DNA from: Gemmatimonadales bacterium
Lineage (GTDB): Bacteria > Gemmatimonadota > Gemmatimonadetes > Gemmatimonadales > GWC2-71-9
Length of the DNA stretch: 64,000 nt
Assembly: GCA_035699205.1 (NCBI GenBank)
Contig: DASSBA010000011.1
Location: forward strand, 1,339-65,338
Direction of reading: 5' to 3'
A program made the translations under genes and the position numbers. Shown in pieces: positions 39,128 to 49,021 of this stretch (position 1 is its first letter; each line of letters begins with the position of its first letter). Under the pieces are notes generated by a model, which was not told the origin of the DNA, did no database searches, and saw only the letters and a program-made list of their open reading frames with translations.

Positions 39128-39376
39128 ATGGAATGTCCAGAGGTCGTCGATCGACTCTGGGAATATCTTGACGGCGAGCTCGCAGCGAAAGAGGCCGATG
39201 CCGTCGGCCGGCACCTCGCAGGATGTGCCGGCTGCCTGCCCCGCTACCGACGCGACCGTGCCTTCCTCGCGCTGATCGTTCGCAGCCTCGGCGCCGGGGG
39301 TCCGGCTCCCTCCCGGCTTCACGTCGCTGTCCGTGCGCGCCTCGCCGACTCCGTTGCAGATCTCCGCAAACGTTGA
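39128..39376 (+). CDS. RsrA-like zinc-binding anti-sigma factor (ZAS), no adjacent sigma factor
   Basis: 82 aa MECPEVVDRLWEYLDGELAAKEADAVGRHLAGCAGCLPRY. The H-x3-C-x2-C motif plus an N-terminal Cys aligns with the S. coelicolor RsrA pattern (from memory). Confidence 0.7.
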   Translation: MECPEVVDRLWEYLDGELAAKEADAVGRHLAGCAGCLPRYRRDRAFLALIVRSLGAGGPAPSRLHVAVRARLADSVADLRKR

Positions 39377-39508
39377 ACAAGACGCCTGACCCCCTCCGCT
39401 CGGCACCCCGCCCGAATCCCGTAGAGTCCCGCGCGTATTGAGTTTACCGGCCCGCTCACCGGCGGGTCTGCCTCTTGCACATGGGCAGGCACTCCGACCG
39501 GGTGACGC

Positions 39509-39904
39509 ATGCCACACTCCTTTCTCGTGATCGACGACTCGAAGCTGCATCACCAGATGTACCGGCTGATCTTCTCGCGCGGCGCGCTGGCGGGCAGCAC
39601 CGTCCACTACGCCACCAACGGGCGGGAGGGCTACGGGCTGCTGGCCGCGCACCCCGAGCTCGCACTCGTGCTGCTCGACCTGAACATGCCCGAGATGAAC
39701 GGCCTCGAGGTGCTCGAGCGGCGCCGAGCGGAGGCGCTGCACCTGCACGTACCCATCGTGCTCGTCACGACGGAGGGCAGCGCGGAGGATGAGGCCCGCG
39801 GCCGGAGCGCGGGCGCCTGGGAGTACCTCCGGAAGCCCTTCCAGCCGGCCGACGTCGAGCGCCTGGTGATGCGGGCGCTCGCGCACGCCGCCCCCACGAC
39901 GTGA
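39509..39904 (+). CDS. cheY: Single-domain response regulator (CheY-like)
   Basis: LVIDDS, LVLLDLNMPEMNG, VTTEG, YLRKPF: all REC active-site positions are present. Confidence 0.9.
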   Translation: MPHSFLVIDDSKLHHQMYRLIFSRGALAGSTVHYATNGREGYGLLAAHPELALVLLDLNMPEMNGLEVLERRRAEALHLHVPIVLVTTEGSAEDEARGRSAGAWEYLRKPFQPADVERLVMRALAHAAPTT

Positions 39905-39905
39905 C

Positions 39906-41558
39906 GTGAGCCCCGACGAGAACCCCTTCGGCGAGCTGCTCCAGGACTACGTCCTCGAGTGTCTCCCGCTGGCCGAGCAGGTGACGGACACGTTCGTGGA
40001 GCTGGAGCGGTCCTGGCGCGATGGCGATCCGGCGGAGGAGCTCCTCGGCTCGCTGCCCGGGCGGCTGCACACGGTCAAGGGGAATTCGGCGATGATGGGC
40101 CTGGTACCGGCCCAGGAAACCGCCCACGCGCTCGAGGATGCGTGCGGGCTGCTGCGGCGGAGTCCGGACCGGCGGACCGACGCGGCGGCGGCGCTGCTGG
40201 TGGCGGGCGGCAGCCTGCTGGTGGATCTGGTGCGCAACGCCTCGCCCGAGCTCGACCCGGCACCGGCCGCGCGCTACGTCGAGCGGGTGCGACGGTGGAT
40301 GGAGGCCGGGGGCCAGCCGGCGGCGGAGACCCAGCCCGAGCGCCGGCGATCGGACCGGCGGGCCGGCGGCGAGACCGAGCGGGTGGACAGCGTGGTCCGG
40401 ATCGACTTCCGGCGGCTCGATGCGCTGCTCGAGGTGCTCGGCGAAGGGCTGATCCAGCACTCGGCGCTCGGCGAGGCCTATCGCCGGATCGCCCGGCGGA
40501 CCGGCGCGTGCGAGGAGCTGGACCGGCTGGACCAGACGATCCTGGCGCTCCAGAAGACCCTCAAGCGCCTCGAGTCCACGCTGATGGAGACGCGCCTCCT
40601 TCCCATCGCGACGGTGTTCGGCCGGTTTCCCCGCATGGTGCGCGATACGGCGCAGGCCGAGGGCAAGCGCGTGCGGCTGATCCAGTCGGGCGGGGACACG
40701 CCGCTCGACAAGGCGGTACTGGACCGCCTGAGCGAGCCGCTCCTGCACCTGGTGACCAACGCGATCGTGCACGGGATGGAAGCGCCCGAGGCGCGCCGTC
40801 GCGCCGGCAAGCCGGAGGAGGGCACCGTACGGCTCGATGCGGCTCCGCAGGCCGGGCGGGTGGTCATCCGCGTGACGGACGACGGTCGGGGCCTCGACGA
40901 GAAGGCGATTCGCAAGAAGGCCGAGGCGCTGGGGCAGGAGCTGCGCGACGGCGACGTCGTCCCGCTCCGGAGCTTGATCTTTCTGCCGGGCCTCTCGACC
41001 GCGGACCAGGTATCCAGGCTGGCGGGGCGGGGCGTCGGTCTCGACGTGGTCGCCGGCGCCATCCACGCTCTCGGCGGCACGATCGACGTGGAGACCGAGC
41101 CGGGCAGGGGGACGGCATTCACGCTCAGCCTGCCGGTCACGCTCGCGATCGTCCGCTCGCTCATCGTCGAGATCGATCATGAGCGCTTCGCCCTGCCGCT
41201 GGCGCACGTGGCCGAGACGGTGCGAGCCCAGCCCGAGACGATCCGCGAGATCAACCACCGGGGGGTGACGCAGTGGCGCGGGGACCTGATCCACGTGGCC
41301 GACGGCGGTACGGTGCTCGGCACCGCCGCCGGCCGTGGGGCTCCGCGCCGGTTCTACGTGGTGATGGCCGCCGGGGGCAAGCGCCAGGCGCTGCTGGTGG
41401 ACCGGCTGGTGGGCCACCAGGACGTGGTGGTGAAGGGGCTCGACCCCGCGCTGGGCCGCCCCGACGTGGTCTCGGGCACCACGATCCTGGGCGATGGCCG
41501 GGTGGCCTGCATTCTGGACTCGGTCCGCATTCTCGAGGGAGGGCGCCGTGCCGGTTGA
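39906..41558 (+). CDS. cheA: Chemotaxis histidine kinase CheA (P1-P3-P4-P5, no obvious P2)
   Basis: Hpt RLHTVKGNSAMMG, HATPase LLHLVTNAIVHG, DDGRGLD, GRGVGLDVV, and a C-terminal CheW-like domain. Confidence 0.92.
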   Translation: MSPDENPFGELLQDYVLECLPLAEQVTDTFVELERSWRDGDPAEELLGSLPGRLHTVKGNSAMMGLVPAQETAHALEDACGLLRRSPDRRTDAAAALLVAGGSLLVDLVRNASPELDPAPAARYVERVRRWMEAGGQPAAETQPERRRSDRRAGGETERVDSVVRIDFRRLDALLEVLGEGLIQHSALGEAYRRIARRTGACEELDRLDQTILALQKTLKRLESTLMETRLLPIATVFGRFPRMVRDTAQAEGKRVRLIQSGGDTPLDKAVLDRLSEPLLHLVTNAIVHGMEAPEARRRAGKPEEGTVRLDAAPQAGRVVIRVTDDGRGLDEKAIRKKAEALGQELRDGDVVPLRSLIFLPGLSTADQVSRLAGRGVGLDVVAGAIHALGGTIDVETEPGRGTAFTLSLPVTLAIVRSLIVEIDHERFALPLAHVAETVRAQPETIREINHRGVTQWRGDLIHVADGGTVLGTAAGRGAPRRFYVVMAAGGKRQALLVDRLVGHQDVVVKGLDPALGRPDVVSGTTILGDGRVACILDSVRILEGGRRAG

Positions 41559-42069
41559 GCAACGCGAGATCCGCGAGCACCTGCTCGGCTTCGCCGACGC
41601 GATGGAGGCTCGGGCGGCCACCCAGACGGCGCCGGCGCCCGGTCCCGAGCTGCACCTGCTCACCTTCGCGCTCGACCGGGAGGAGTTCGGCATCCCGGTG
41701 ACGCAGGTGCGCGAGGTGATCCGCGTCTCCGACATCACCCGGGTGCCGCAGGCGCCGACGCACGTGCGCGGCGTGGCCAACCTGCGCGGCCGCATCCTGG
41801 CGGTGGTCGAGCTGCGCTCCCGCCTCGGTCTGCCGGCGGTCGAGCTGACGTCGCGGTCGCGCGTGGTAGTGGTGGAGGTCCGCGGCCGGGTGCTGGGCCT
41901 CCTGGTGGATGCGGTCTCGCAGGTGACCAAGGTGCCCGAGGCGAGCGTCGTGCCGGCGCCGGACGAGGTCGTCTCCGCCGACGCCGGTTACCTCACCGGC
42001 GTGGCCCGCTGGCAATCCAGGCTGATCATTCTCCTCGACCTCGACAAGGCGCTCCTGCCGAGCGAGTAG
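41548..42069 (+). CDS. cheW: CheW coupling protein
   Basis: GTG 41548 overlaps the cheA end. Motifs: [39 protein letters not shown]. Confidence 0.88.
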   Translation: MPVEQREIREHLLGFADAMEARAATQTAPAPGPELHLLTFALDREEFGIPVTQVREVIRVSDITRVPQAPTHVRGVANLRGRILAVVELRSRLGLPAVELTSRSRVVVVEVRGRVLGLLVDAVSQVTKVPEASVVPAPDEVVSADAGYLTGVARWQSRLIILLDLDKALLPSE

Positions 42070-42091
42070 CTCTCACGACGGACGGACGACC

Positions 42092-43567
42092 ATGACCCGC
42101 TTCGCGCAGATCATCAAGGATTGGACGATCCGACGGAAGATCCTCACCGGCTTCGGGGTGGTGCTGGCCCTGACGGCGCTGCTGGGCTGGCGCGCCATGG
42201 ACGCCCTGGCGCGAATGAGCCGGCTCGGTGCCGGCGACTTCGCGGCCGCCGAGCAGATCGTCCAGGACTCGCGCACCGCGATCCTGATGCTGCTCGGGAT
42301 CACCATCGGACTGGGGCTGATGCTGGCCCTGGCGCTGGCGCGGCTCATCGCCGATCCGCTCACGAACCTCCGCGTCCTGGCCGAGCAGGTGTCGAAGGGC
42401 AACCTCACCGCCGACATCCGGAGCCAGTCGCGCGACGAAATCGGCTGGCTCGAGCACTCCATGCGGCAGATGGTCAAGAACCTGCGCGACATCGCGGGCC
42501 AGATCGCGGTGTCGTCGCGGACGGTCGCGACCTCCGCCGAGGAGATCTCGGCCAGCTCGACCCAGATGGCCAAGGGCGCCGAGATGCAGAGCAGCTCGAC
42601 CGAGGAGACCTCCTCGACCATGGTCGAGATCGCCTCGCAGATGCAGCACCTGGCCCGGAGCGCCGAGGCGCTGGCAGCCAATGTCGACCAGACCTCCGCC
42701 TCGATCCAGGAGATGAGCGCCACGCTGGCGCACACCGCGCAGAACGGCGAGGTGCTGCTCGGTGCGGTCGAGCGCGCCACCGGCACGCTCACCACTATGA
42801 TCGAGAACGTCGGCGCGATCGCCGCCCGAGTGCACCAGGTGGACGAGGTGAGCCAGCAGTCGGTCGAGGACACCCGCCGGAACGGCGAGCGGCTGCAGGA
42901 GGCGATCGGCTCCATCGGCGAGCGGTCGGACGAGATCGGGAAGATCGTCAAGGTCATCGAGGGCATCGCCGACCAGACCAACCTGCTGGCGCTGAACGCC
43001 GCCATCGAGGCGGCGCGGGCGGGCGAGGCGGGGAAGGGGTTCGCCGTCGTGGCGGACGAGGTGCGCCGGCTGGCCGAACGCTCGGTGCAGGCCACCCAGG
43101 AGATCGGCACCGTCATCGAGACCGTGCAGAAGGACACCCATCACGCCGTGGCCCTGATGGGACACGTGCTCGCGGGGATCGTCGATTCCATCGGCAAGAC
43201 CTCGACGCTCGTGGCCGACGCCGCCCGCGCCGCCGACGCGCAGGCCGCCGACGCCCGGGCCGTGCTGGGCACGGTGGGCGAGATGGCCACGCTCGCGCGG
43301 CACATCGCAGGCTCCATCAACGAGAACGCGGCGGGGGCGCAGGAAATCAGCGCGGCCGCGCAGAAGATGAACCAGCTCACCCACCAGATGTCGGAAGCCG
43401 TGACCGAGCAACGCCGCGGCGGCGAGATGGTGGTCAAGGCGGTCGAGGCGATCGCCGTCGTGTCCCGGCAGAACCTGGTGGCCGTCGAGCAGATGACCGG
43501 CGCCGCCAAGAGTCTGGCCGGCGAGTCCGAGGCGCTGAAGCAGCGCGTGGCCGTCTTCCAGGTCTGA
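42092..43567 (+). CDS. Methyl-accepting chemotaxis protein with minimal periplasmic loop and HAMP
   Basis: Two TM segments separated by about 35 aa, HAMP, and the highly conserved signalling tip [40 protein letters not shown]. Confidence 0.93.
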   Translation: MTRFAQIIKDWTIRRKILTGFGVVLALTALLGWRAMDALARMSRLGAGDFAAAEQIVQDSRTAILMLLGITIGLGLMLALALARLIADPLTNLRVLAEQVSKGNLTADIRSQSRDEIGWLEHSMRQMVKNLRDIAGQIAVSSRTVATSAEEISASSTQMAKGAEMQSSSTEETSSTMVEIASQMQHLARSAEALAANVDQTSASIQEMSATLAHTAQNGEVLLGAVERATGTLTTMIENVGAIAARVHQVDEVSQQSVEDTRRNGERLQEAIGSIGERSDEIGKIVKVIEGIADQTNLLALNAAIEAARAGEAGKGFAVVADEVRRLAERSVQATQEIGTVIETVQKDTHHAVALMGHVLAGIVDSIGKTSTLVADAARAADAQAADARAVLGTVGEMATLARHIAGSINENAAGAQEISAAAQKMNQLTHQMSEAVTEQRRGGEMVVKAVEAIAVVSRQNLVAVEQMTGAAKSLAGESEALKQRVAVFQV

Positions 43568-43574
43568 GGTCCGG

Positions 43575-45560
43575 ATGAGCACTCCAGCCGAACGACTGGC
43601 CGCGCTCGACGCGGCCGTACGCGGGCCCGAGCGGGAGCGCGCGATACTCCTGGCGCTCGAGGACGAGGCGATCCCGGTGCGGGAGCGTGCCATCCGCCTG
43701 GCCGCGCGGTACGTCGAGCCGGCGGTGCTCGGCGCCATGGTGGCCGACGGCGAGAACGCGGCGCGCCGGAACGCGGGCCTGAGCGCGCTCGAGCGCCAGG
43801 GTCCCTACGCCGTGCCCCACCTGACCGTGATGCTGGGGGCCGAGGATCCCGAGCTGGTCATGTTCGCGCTGCAGAGCCTGGCCCGGATCGGGTACACCGC
43901 GGCGGGCCGCTCGATCCTGCCGCTGCTCCATCACGCCGATACGAACGTGGCCCAGTCCGCGATCGAGGCGGTCGGCCAGCTCCGGACCCGCGAGGCGGTG
44001 CCCGAACTGATCAAGCTGGTGGACGGGGAGCTGTGGCTGCAGCTCGCGGCGATCAACGCGCTGGGCGAGATCGGAGCACCCGAGGCGGTGCAGCCGCTCA
44101 TGTCGCTGGTGCCCGACTCGGTCCTGGCCGAGCCGGCGGTGCAGGCGCTCCGGAGCATCGCGGCGCCTGAGTCGCTCGAGCGGCTGCTGAGCCTGCTTCC
44201 GGAGGTGCGGGAGCGGGCGCTGCGCGATCCGCTGCTGCTGGCGGTCGCCGTCGTGGTCGATTTCCACCCCGACCCCGTGCCCGTCCTGGCCCGGGCCGGG
44301 GCGGAGCTCGCGGCCTCCGCGGAGCTCACGGCGTATCTCGCCCAGGCGCTCGTCGCGCGGCCGGCGGAGGACGACGGGGACGGCGAAGCCGACAGCCTGC
44401 AGCGCGCCGCCGCCACGCTCGTCGCCGCCGCGGGCATCGAGCAGCTCGAGCCGGCCCTGCTCGCCCGGCTCGCCACCGATCCCGACGCCGTCTGGCTCGA
44501 AGGGCTCTTCCGGCGGTTCCCCGACGCGCTCGCGGCGCACCGGCCCCGCCTGCTGGGACACCCCGACCCCGACGTCCGCAGCGGGGCGCTCCGCGCCGGC
44601 CGGTTCGAAGAGCACGAGCTGCCCGAGCTGTTCGAGCACCTCGAGGACACGCACGCCCACGTGCGCGCCGCGGCGTGCTACGCGATGGGCCGGCTCGAGC
44701 TCGACACGACCGCGCCGCTTCTGGCCGAACGTCTCCGGCGCGGGGAGCCCGTGGAGCAGGCGGCCGCGGCCCAGGCGCTCGGCCGGCTCTCCGCGGAGGC
44801 GCTGGCCGATCTCGAGAGCTGCCTCCGACCGGATGCCGATGCCGCGGTGCTGGTGCTCGCGCTCGAGGTGCTGGCCGCCCGCCCGGTCGCGGCGTTCGAG
44901 GCGCGGGTGCTCCAGCTGGCCGAGGACCGACGGGCGCCGGTGCGGCGGGCGGGGCTCCGGGCCGCCGCGCGCGTCGCGGCCGGCCGCGCCGACGTGCTGC
45001 TGCTCCGCGCCCTCGCCGACCGGGACCAGGCTACCCAGGTGGACGCGCTCGAGCTGCTGGTGGCGCGCGGCGGCGAGAAGTCGGTGGCGGTGCTCGTGGC
45101 CCTGCTGGGAACGGCCGACTCGCTCCGGTTCCATGTGATCCGCGCGCTGGGGCACTGCCGCGCCCAGTCGGCCGCGGCCAAGCTGCGGGACCTGCTGCCC
45201 GAGTGCGGACCGCACGAGCAGCTCCAGATCGTCACCGCGCTCGTCCGCATCGCCCCGCCGTGGATCGGCGCCTTCCTGCGGGAGCGGCTGGGCGACGGCG
45301 AAGTCGAAATGCGCCGCATGGCCGCGCAGGGACTGGCCGACCTGGCCGAGGAGCACGAGCTGCCGGTCCTGCTTCCGCTGGCCGAGGACGCGGACTGGAG
45401 CATCCGCAACGAGGCGGCCCGCGGGCTCGGGCGGCTGGCCAAGCCGGTCACGCGGCAGGTCCTCCTGGCGCTCGCCCGCGACGTCGAGCCGGTCGTGGCC
45501 GCCACCGCGCGCGCGGCGCTCGAACGGCTGCAGCCCGAGGCCATCCGGATCCCGGCGTGA
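43575..45560 (+). CDS. HEAT-repeat (PBS-lyase-like) protein embedded in the che cluster
   Basis: 661 aa of repeated D..VR..A..ALG.L....A...L helix pairs (for example DTNVAQSAIEAVGQL, DWSIRNEAARGLGRL). Confidence 0.8.
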   Translation: MSTPAERLAALDAAVRGPERERAILLALEDEAIPVRERAIRLAARYVEPAVLGAMVADGENAARRNAGLSALERQGPYAVPHLTVMLGAEDPELVMFALQSLARIGYTAAGRSILPLLHHADTNVAQSAIEAVGQLRTREAVPELIKLVDGELWLQLAAINALGEIGAPEAVQPLMSLVPDSVLAEPAVQALRSIAAPESLERLLSLLPEVRERALRDPLLLAVAVVVDFHPDPVPVLARAGAELAASAELTAYLAQALVARPAEDDGDGEADSLQRAAATLVAAAGIEQLEPALLARLATDPDAVWLEGLFRRFPDALAAHRPRLLGHPDPDVRSGALRAGRFEEHELPELFEHLEDTHAHVRAAACYAMGRLELDTTAPLLAERLRRGEPVEQAAAAQALGRLSAEALADLESCLRPDADAAVLVLALEVLAARPVAAFEARVLQLAEDRRAPVRRAGLRAAARVAAGRADVLLLRALADRDQATQVDALELLVARGGEKSVAVLVALLGTADSLRFHVIRALGHCRAQSAAAKLRDLLPECGPHEQLQIVTALVRIAPPWIGAFLRERLGDGEVEMRRMAAQGLADLAEEHELPVLLPLAEDADWSIRNEAARGLGRLAKPVTRQVLLALARDVEPVVAATARAALERLQPEAIRIPA

Positions 45561-46390
45561 CCGGTTTCGATCAGGCCGAAATCAAGCTTCTGACGGACCT
45601 CATCCAGGAGCGGTTCGGGCTGATGTTCAGCGGCATCCGGCTGGAGATTCTGGAGTCCCGGCTTCGGCCGCGGCTCCGCGAGCTCCGCCTCGCCACCCTT
45701 CGCGAGTACTACCAGTATCTCCGCTTCCATCCCGACCGGGAGCGCGAATTCGCCCGGCTGCCCGCGATGGTGACGAACAACGAGACCTATTTCTTCCGCG
45801 AGACCCACCAGTTCGACCTGCTCATCCGCCACGTGATCCCCGAGCGCCGGCCCCTGCTCCGGGGCCGGCCGCTGCGGCTGCTCTCGGCCGGCTGCTCGTC
45901 GGGCGAGGAGCCCTACTCGCTCTCCATCGCGCTGCACAACGCGGCGCTGCCGCTGGCGGGCCTGCCCTGGGAGATCGACGCGTGCGACCTCAACCCGGAG
46001 CGGATCGGCCGGGCGCACGAGGCGCTCTACGCGGACAGCTCGCTCCGCGCGTGCGACGAGGATGCCCGCCGCCGCTACTTCACGCAGGAACCCGGCGGAT
46101 TCCGCCTGAAGGATCGGTACCGCCGGGGAGTGCGCTTCTTCCACACCAACCTGCTCGCGCCCAACGGCGCGCTCGGCTGGGCCATCTACGACGCCATCCT
46201 CTGCCGCAACCTGCTCATCTATTTCAGCGAGGAGGCGTTCGCCGACGCCATCCGCCTGTTCGCCCGCTGTCTCGCGCCCGGCGGCTACCTGTTCCTGGGG
46301 CACTCCGAATCGCTGCTCGACCGCAAGTCCCCGTTCGCCCCCGCGATGCTGGGTGGCGCGGTGGTCTACCGGAAGCTGGAGGCGGCGTGA
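45557..46390 (+). CDS. cheR: Chemotaxis protein methyltransferase CheR
   Basis: GTGA overlap with the HEAT gene. Motifs: NETYFFRE, LRLLSAGCSSGEEPYSLSI, ILCRNLLIYF. Confidence 0.92.
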   Translation: MTGFDQAEIKLLTDLIQERFGLMFSGIRLEILESRLRPRLRELRLATLREYYQYLRFHPDREREFARLPAMVTNNETYFFRETHQFDLLIRHVIPERRPLLRGRPLRLLSAGCSSGEEPYSLSIALHNAALPLAGLPWEIDACDLNPERIGRAHEALYADSSLRACDEDARRRYFTQEPGGFRLKDRYRRGVRFFHTNLLAPNGALGWAIYDAILCRNLLIYFSEEAFADAIRLFARCLAPGGYLFLGHSESLLDRKSPFAPAMLGGAVVYRKLEAA

Positions 46391-47460
46391 CCCGGGTCTT
46401 TCTGGTGGACGACTCGGCGTTCGTCCGCCGGGCGCTGACCCGGGTGCTGGCGCTCGAACCCGCGTTCCGGGTCGTGGGCGAGGCCGCCGGCGGCGCGGAG
46501 GCGCTGGCGAAGATCCCGGCGGCCGATCCCGATCTGGTGACGCTCGACGTGGAGATGCCCGGCATGGACGGGCTGCAGGTGCTGCCGGCTCTGCTCCGCT
46601 GGAAGCCGTCGCTCAAGGTGCTGATGCTCTCCGCCCACACGCGGGACGGCGCGGAGGCCACGGTGGCGGCGCTTGCCGCGGGTGCGGTGGACTTCATCGA
46701 CAAGACCACGTTCAACGTGATGGACCTGGAGTATCTGCGCCGCGAAGTGGTGGACCGGCTCCGGGCGCTCGCGCCGGTCGCGAGGTCGCACGGATCACCC
46801 GCGGCCGTGCCGGCCGCCGCTCCATCCGGCCCGCCGGAGACCGACCTGGCGCGCTGCGAGCTCTGCGTGATCGGCGCATCCACCGGCGGTCCGGCGGCGG
46901 TGCAGCGCATCCTGCAGGCGCTGCCGGCCGGATTCCCGCTTCCCGTGGTGGTGGTGCAGCACATGCCGATCGGGTTCACGCGCCCGTTCGCGCAGCGGCT
47001 GGCCTCCCTGAGCCGCGTGCGCGTGGCCGAGGCGGAGGACGGCGCGCGGCTGGTCCGCGGCACGGCGCTCATCGCGCCGGCGGGACAGCATCTGCGCGTC
47101 TCGCCCAATCTGGCGGTGGTGCTGGCGACGGAGCCGAGCGACGCCAAGCATATCCCCAGCGTGGACGTGACGATGCGGAGCGCTGCCCGCTCGCGGCCGG
47201 GCAAGGTGCTCGGGGTGCTGCTCACCGGGATGGGGGAAGACGGCGCCGAGGGGATGGTGACGATCCGGGCGGGCGGCGGACTGACGATCGCGGAGAGCGA
47301 GTCGAGCTGCGTGGTCTACGGGATGCCGCGCGCGGCGGTGCAGCGGGGTGGCGCGGGATGGGTGCTACCCCTGCCCGAGATCGCCGAGCTGCTGGCAGGG
47401 CTCGGGGCGCCGGGCGGTCAGCGGCCGCTGCCCACTGAATCCCCGATCCAGCGCAGGTAG
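46387..47460 (+). CDS. cheB: Chemotaxis response regulator protein-glutamate methylesterase CheB
   Basis: GTGA overlap with cheR. REC (VFLVDDS, VTLDVEMPGMDG) plus the esterase domain (VIGASTGGP, VVVVQHMP, LTGMGEDG). Confidence 0.92.
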   Translation: MTRVFLVDDSAFVRRALTRVLALEPAFRVVGEAAGGAEALAKIPAADPDLVTLDVEMPGMDGLQVLPALLRWKPSLKVLMLSAHTRDGAEATVAALAAGAVDFIDKTTFNVMDLEYLRREVVDRLRALAPVARSHGSPAAVPAAAPSGPPETDLARCELCVIGASTGGPAAVQRILQALPAGFPLPVVVVQHMPIGFTRPFAQRLASLSRVRVAEAEDGARLVRGTALIAPAGQHLRVSPNLAVVLATEPSDAKHIPSVDVTMRSAARSRPGKVLGVLLTGMGEDGAEGMVTIRAGGGLTIAESESSCVVYGMPRAAVQRGGAGWVLPLPEIAELLAGLGAPGGQRPLPTESPIQRR

Positions 47461-47753
47461 TCCGGGTCGCCGTCCAGGAACGGCACGGCGATGATCTCGG
47501 GGACCTCGTAGGGGTGCAGTTCACGGATGCGGGCGCGGAGCCCCGGCACGCGGGCGAGCGTGGTCTTCAGCTGACAGGACCACTCGGTCGCGCGCTCGAT
47601 CTTTCCCTGCCAGCGGTAGGTGCTCTCCACCGGGCCCGCGATCTGGGCGCAGGCGGCCCAGCCCTCGTCGACCAGGGTTGCGGCGAGCCGATCGGCGGCG
47701 GCGCGGTCGGGGAGGGTGGTGGTGAGCTGGCAGCAGGTGGGTGGGTTGGGCAC
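47418..47753 (-). CDS. cutA: Divalent-cation tolerance protein CutA
   Basis: 111 aa. Motifs: LVDEGWAACAQI, STYRWQGKIE, HPYEVPEIIAVP. Confidence 0.9.
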   Translation of the reverse strand: MPNPPTCCQLTTTLPDRAAADRLAATLVDEGWAACAQIAGPVESTYRWQGKIERATEWSCQLKTTLARVPGLRARIRELHPYEVPEIIAVPFLDGDPDYLRWIGDSVGSGR

Positions 47754-47814
47754 GACGGCGGCTCCCAGGCGGCGGCCAGGTGGATATATTGGTGACTCGC
47801 GAATCCGAAGCGCT

Positions 47815-48177
47815 TCAGCGCGTGGCCGCCGGCGCGCTTATCCCGGGTGTCTCCGCGGCGGTCTTCCCGTCGTCGATCGGCGGCACGCCGGCCCGCCAGC
47901 CGCTCTTGAACTGCACGGTGAGCCGGTAGCCGAGCGGATCGGCATGGATGTCGGCGACATCCGGAAGCGTCCGCGCGTAGGCCATCGCCGAGTCGGCCTG
48001 GCCGGCCCGCGCGAACTCGCGGCCGATGGCCACCACTTCGGCCTGCTCCTTGCCATAGCGGGCGAACTGGTCCGCCGGTACGAGACCGTCCTGTGAACTG
48101 ATCGGGGACTCGTACTTGTAGTCGCGACAGGACACGAGCGTCAGCAGCACCAACCACACCCCGAAGCGTCGGCTCAT
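47815..48177 (-). CDS. Hypothetical lipoprotein
   Basis: Track ORF trimmed to MSRRFGVWLVLLTLVSC (lipobox). Confidence 0.55.
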   Translation of the reverse strand: MSRRFGVWLVLLTLVSCRDYKYESPISSQDGLVPADQFARYGKEQAEVVAIGREFARAGQADSAMAYARTLPDVADIHADPLGYRLTVQFKSGWRAGVPPIDDGKTAAETPGISAPAATR

Positions 48178-48241
48178 CTGGCTCCTCTGGGCTGAGATCG
48201 CGGAACACCGTTCGACCGAAGGTAACCACGGAGGGCGTTCC

Positions 48242-48991
48242 ATGCGATCGAGGTTGCTGCTGCTCGGCCTGCTGGCCGTGGCTCGGCCGGGGTCCGCCGG
48301 TGCGCAGGTCCTGGACTCCGCCGCCGCCGACGCGGTCCAGCCGACCCCCGCGACCATCCGCTGGTGGCACGGCGCCGCCGCGCTCGGCGGGCTGTCGGCG
48401 CTCATGCTGCTCGACCGCCCCATGCAGCGCTTCTCCCGGCACAACAGCGGCACCGGCGCGGACAACGTGGCCGCCACCGTGCGCCATTTCGGCCAGCCCG
48501 AGGTTTACGGCAGCGTCACCCTCGGGCTCGTGGGAGTCGGGTTGCTGGCTCACCGCCCGGAAGTCGCCCGGGCGGGCGGACGGTTGGGTGCCTCCCTGCT
48601 GCTGGCGGGCGCGACGGTCCAGGTGGGCAAGGTACTCATGGGGCGGCCGCGCCCGGAGCAGAGCCTCGACGCCGACGGCTACGTTCCGTTCTCCGGTCAG
48701 GTGGCGATGCCGTCGGGGCACAGCGCGGCCGCGTTTGCCCTGGCCACTTCCCTCGCCGACGACATCCACCGCCCCTGGGCCACCGTCGGACTCTACGGGA
48801 TGGCCACGGCGGTCGCGTGGTCCAGGGTCAACGACAACCGGCATTGGCTGACGGACGTGGCGGCGGGGGCGCTGGTGGGGATCACCTCGGCTAAGCTGGC
48901 GTCGGGCCGGTGGCGGATTTTCCACCTGAGATTTCCGTCCGCCATCGTCGGACCCGCGGGCGCGGGACTGGGCTGGTCCGCGGAGTTCTGA
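48242..48991 (+). CDS. PAP2 family phosphatase (signal peptide, membrane)
   Basis: KVLMGRPRP, PSGHS and SRVNDNRHWLTDV are the three acid-phosphatase motifs. Confidence 0.87.
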   Translation: MRSRLLLLGLLAVARPGSAGAQVLDSAAADAVQPTPATIRWWHGAAALGGLSALMLLDRPMQRFSRHNSGTGADNVAATVRHFGQPEVYGSVTLGLVGVGLLAHRPEVARAGGRLGASLLLAGATVQVGKVLMGRPRPEQSLDADGYVPFSGQVAMPSGHSAAAFALATSLADDIHRPWATVGLYGMATAVAWSRVNDNRHWLTDVAAGALVGITSAKLASGRWRIFHLRFPSAIVGPAGAGLGWSAEF

Positions 48992-49021
48992 CGATCGGGC
49001 CCGCTGGTACGCACCAGGCGA

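Noticed and set aside
44675-47460. Extended ORFs 44675-46390 and 45982-47460
   Set aside because: Their N-terminal portions overlap the HEAT and cheR genes in other frames. CheR and CheB begin at GTG codons with GTGA overlaps (45557 and 46387).
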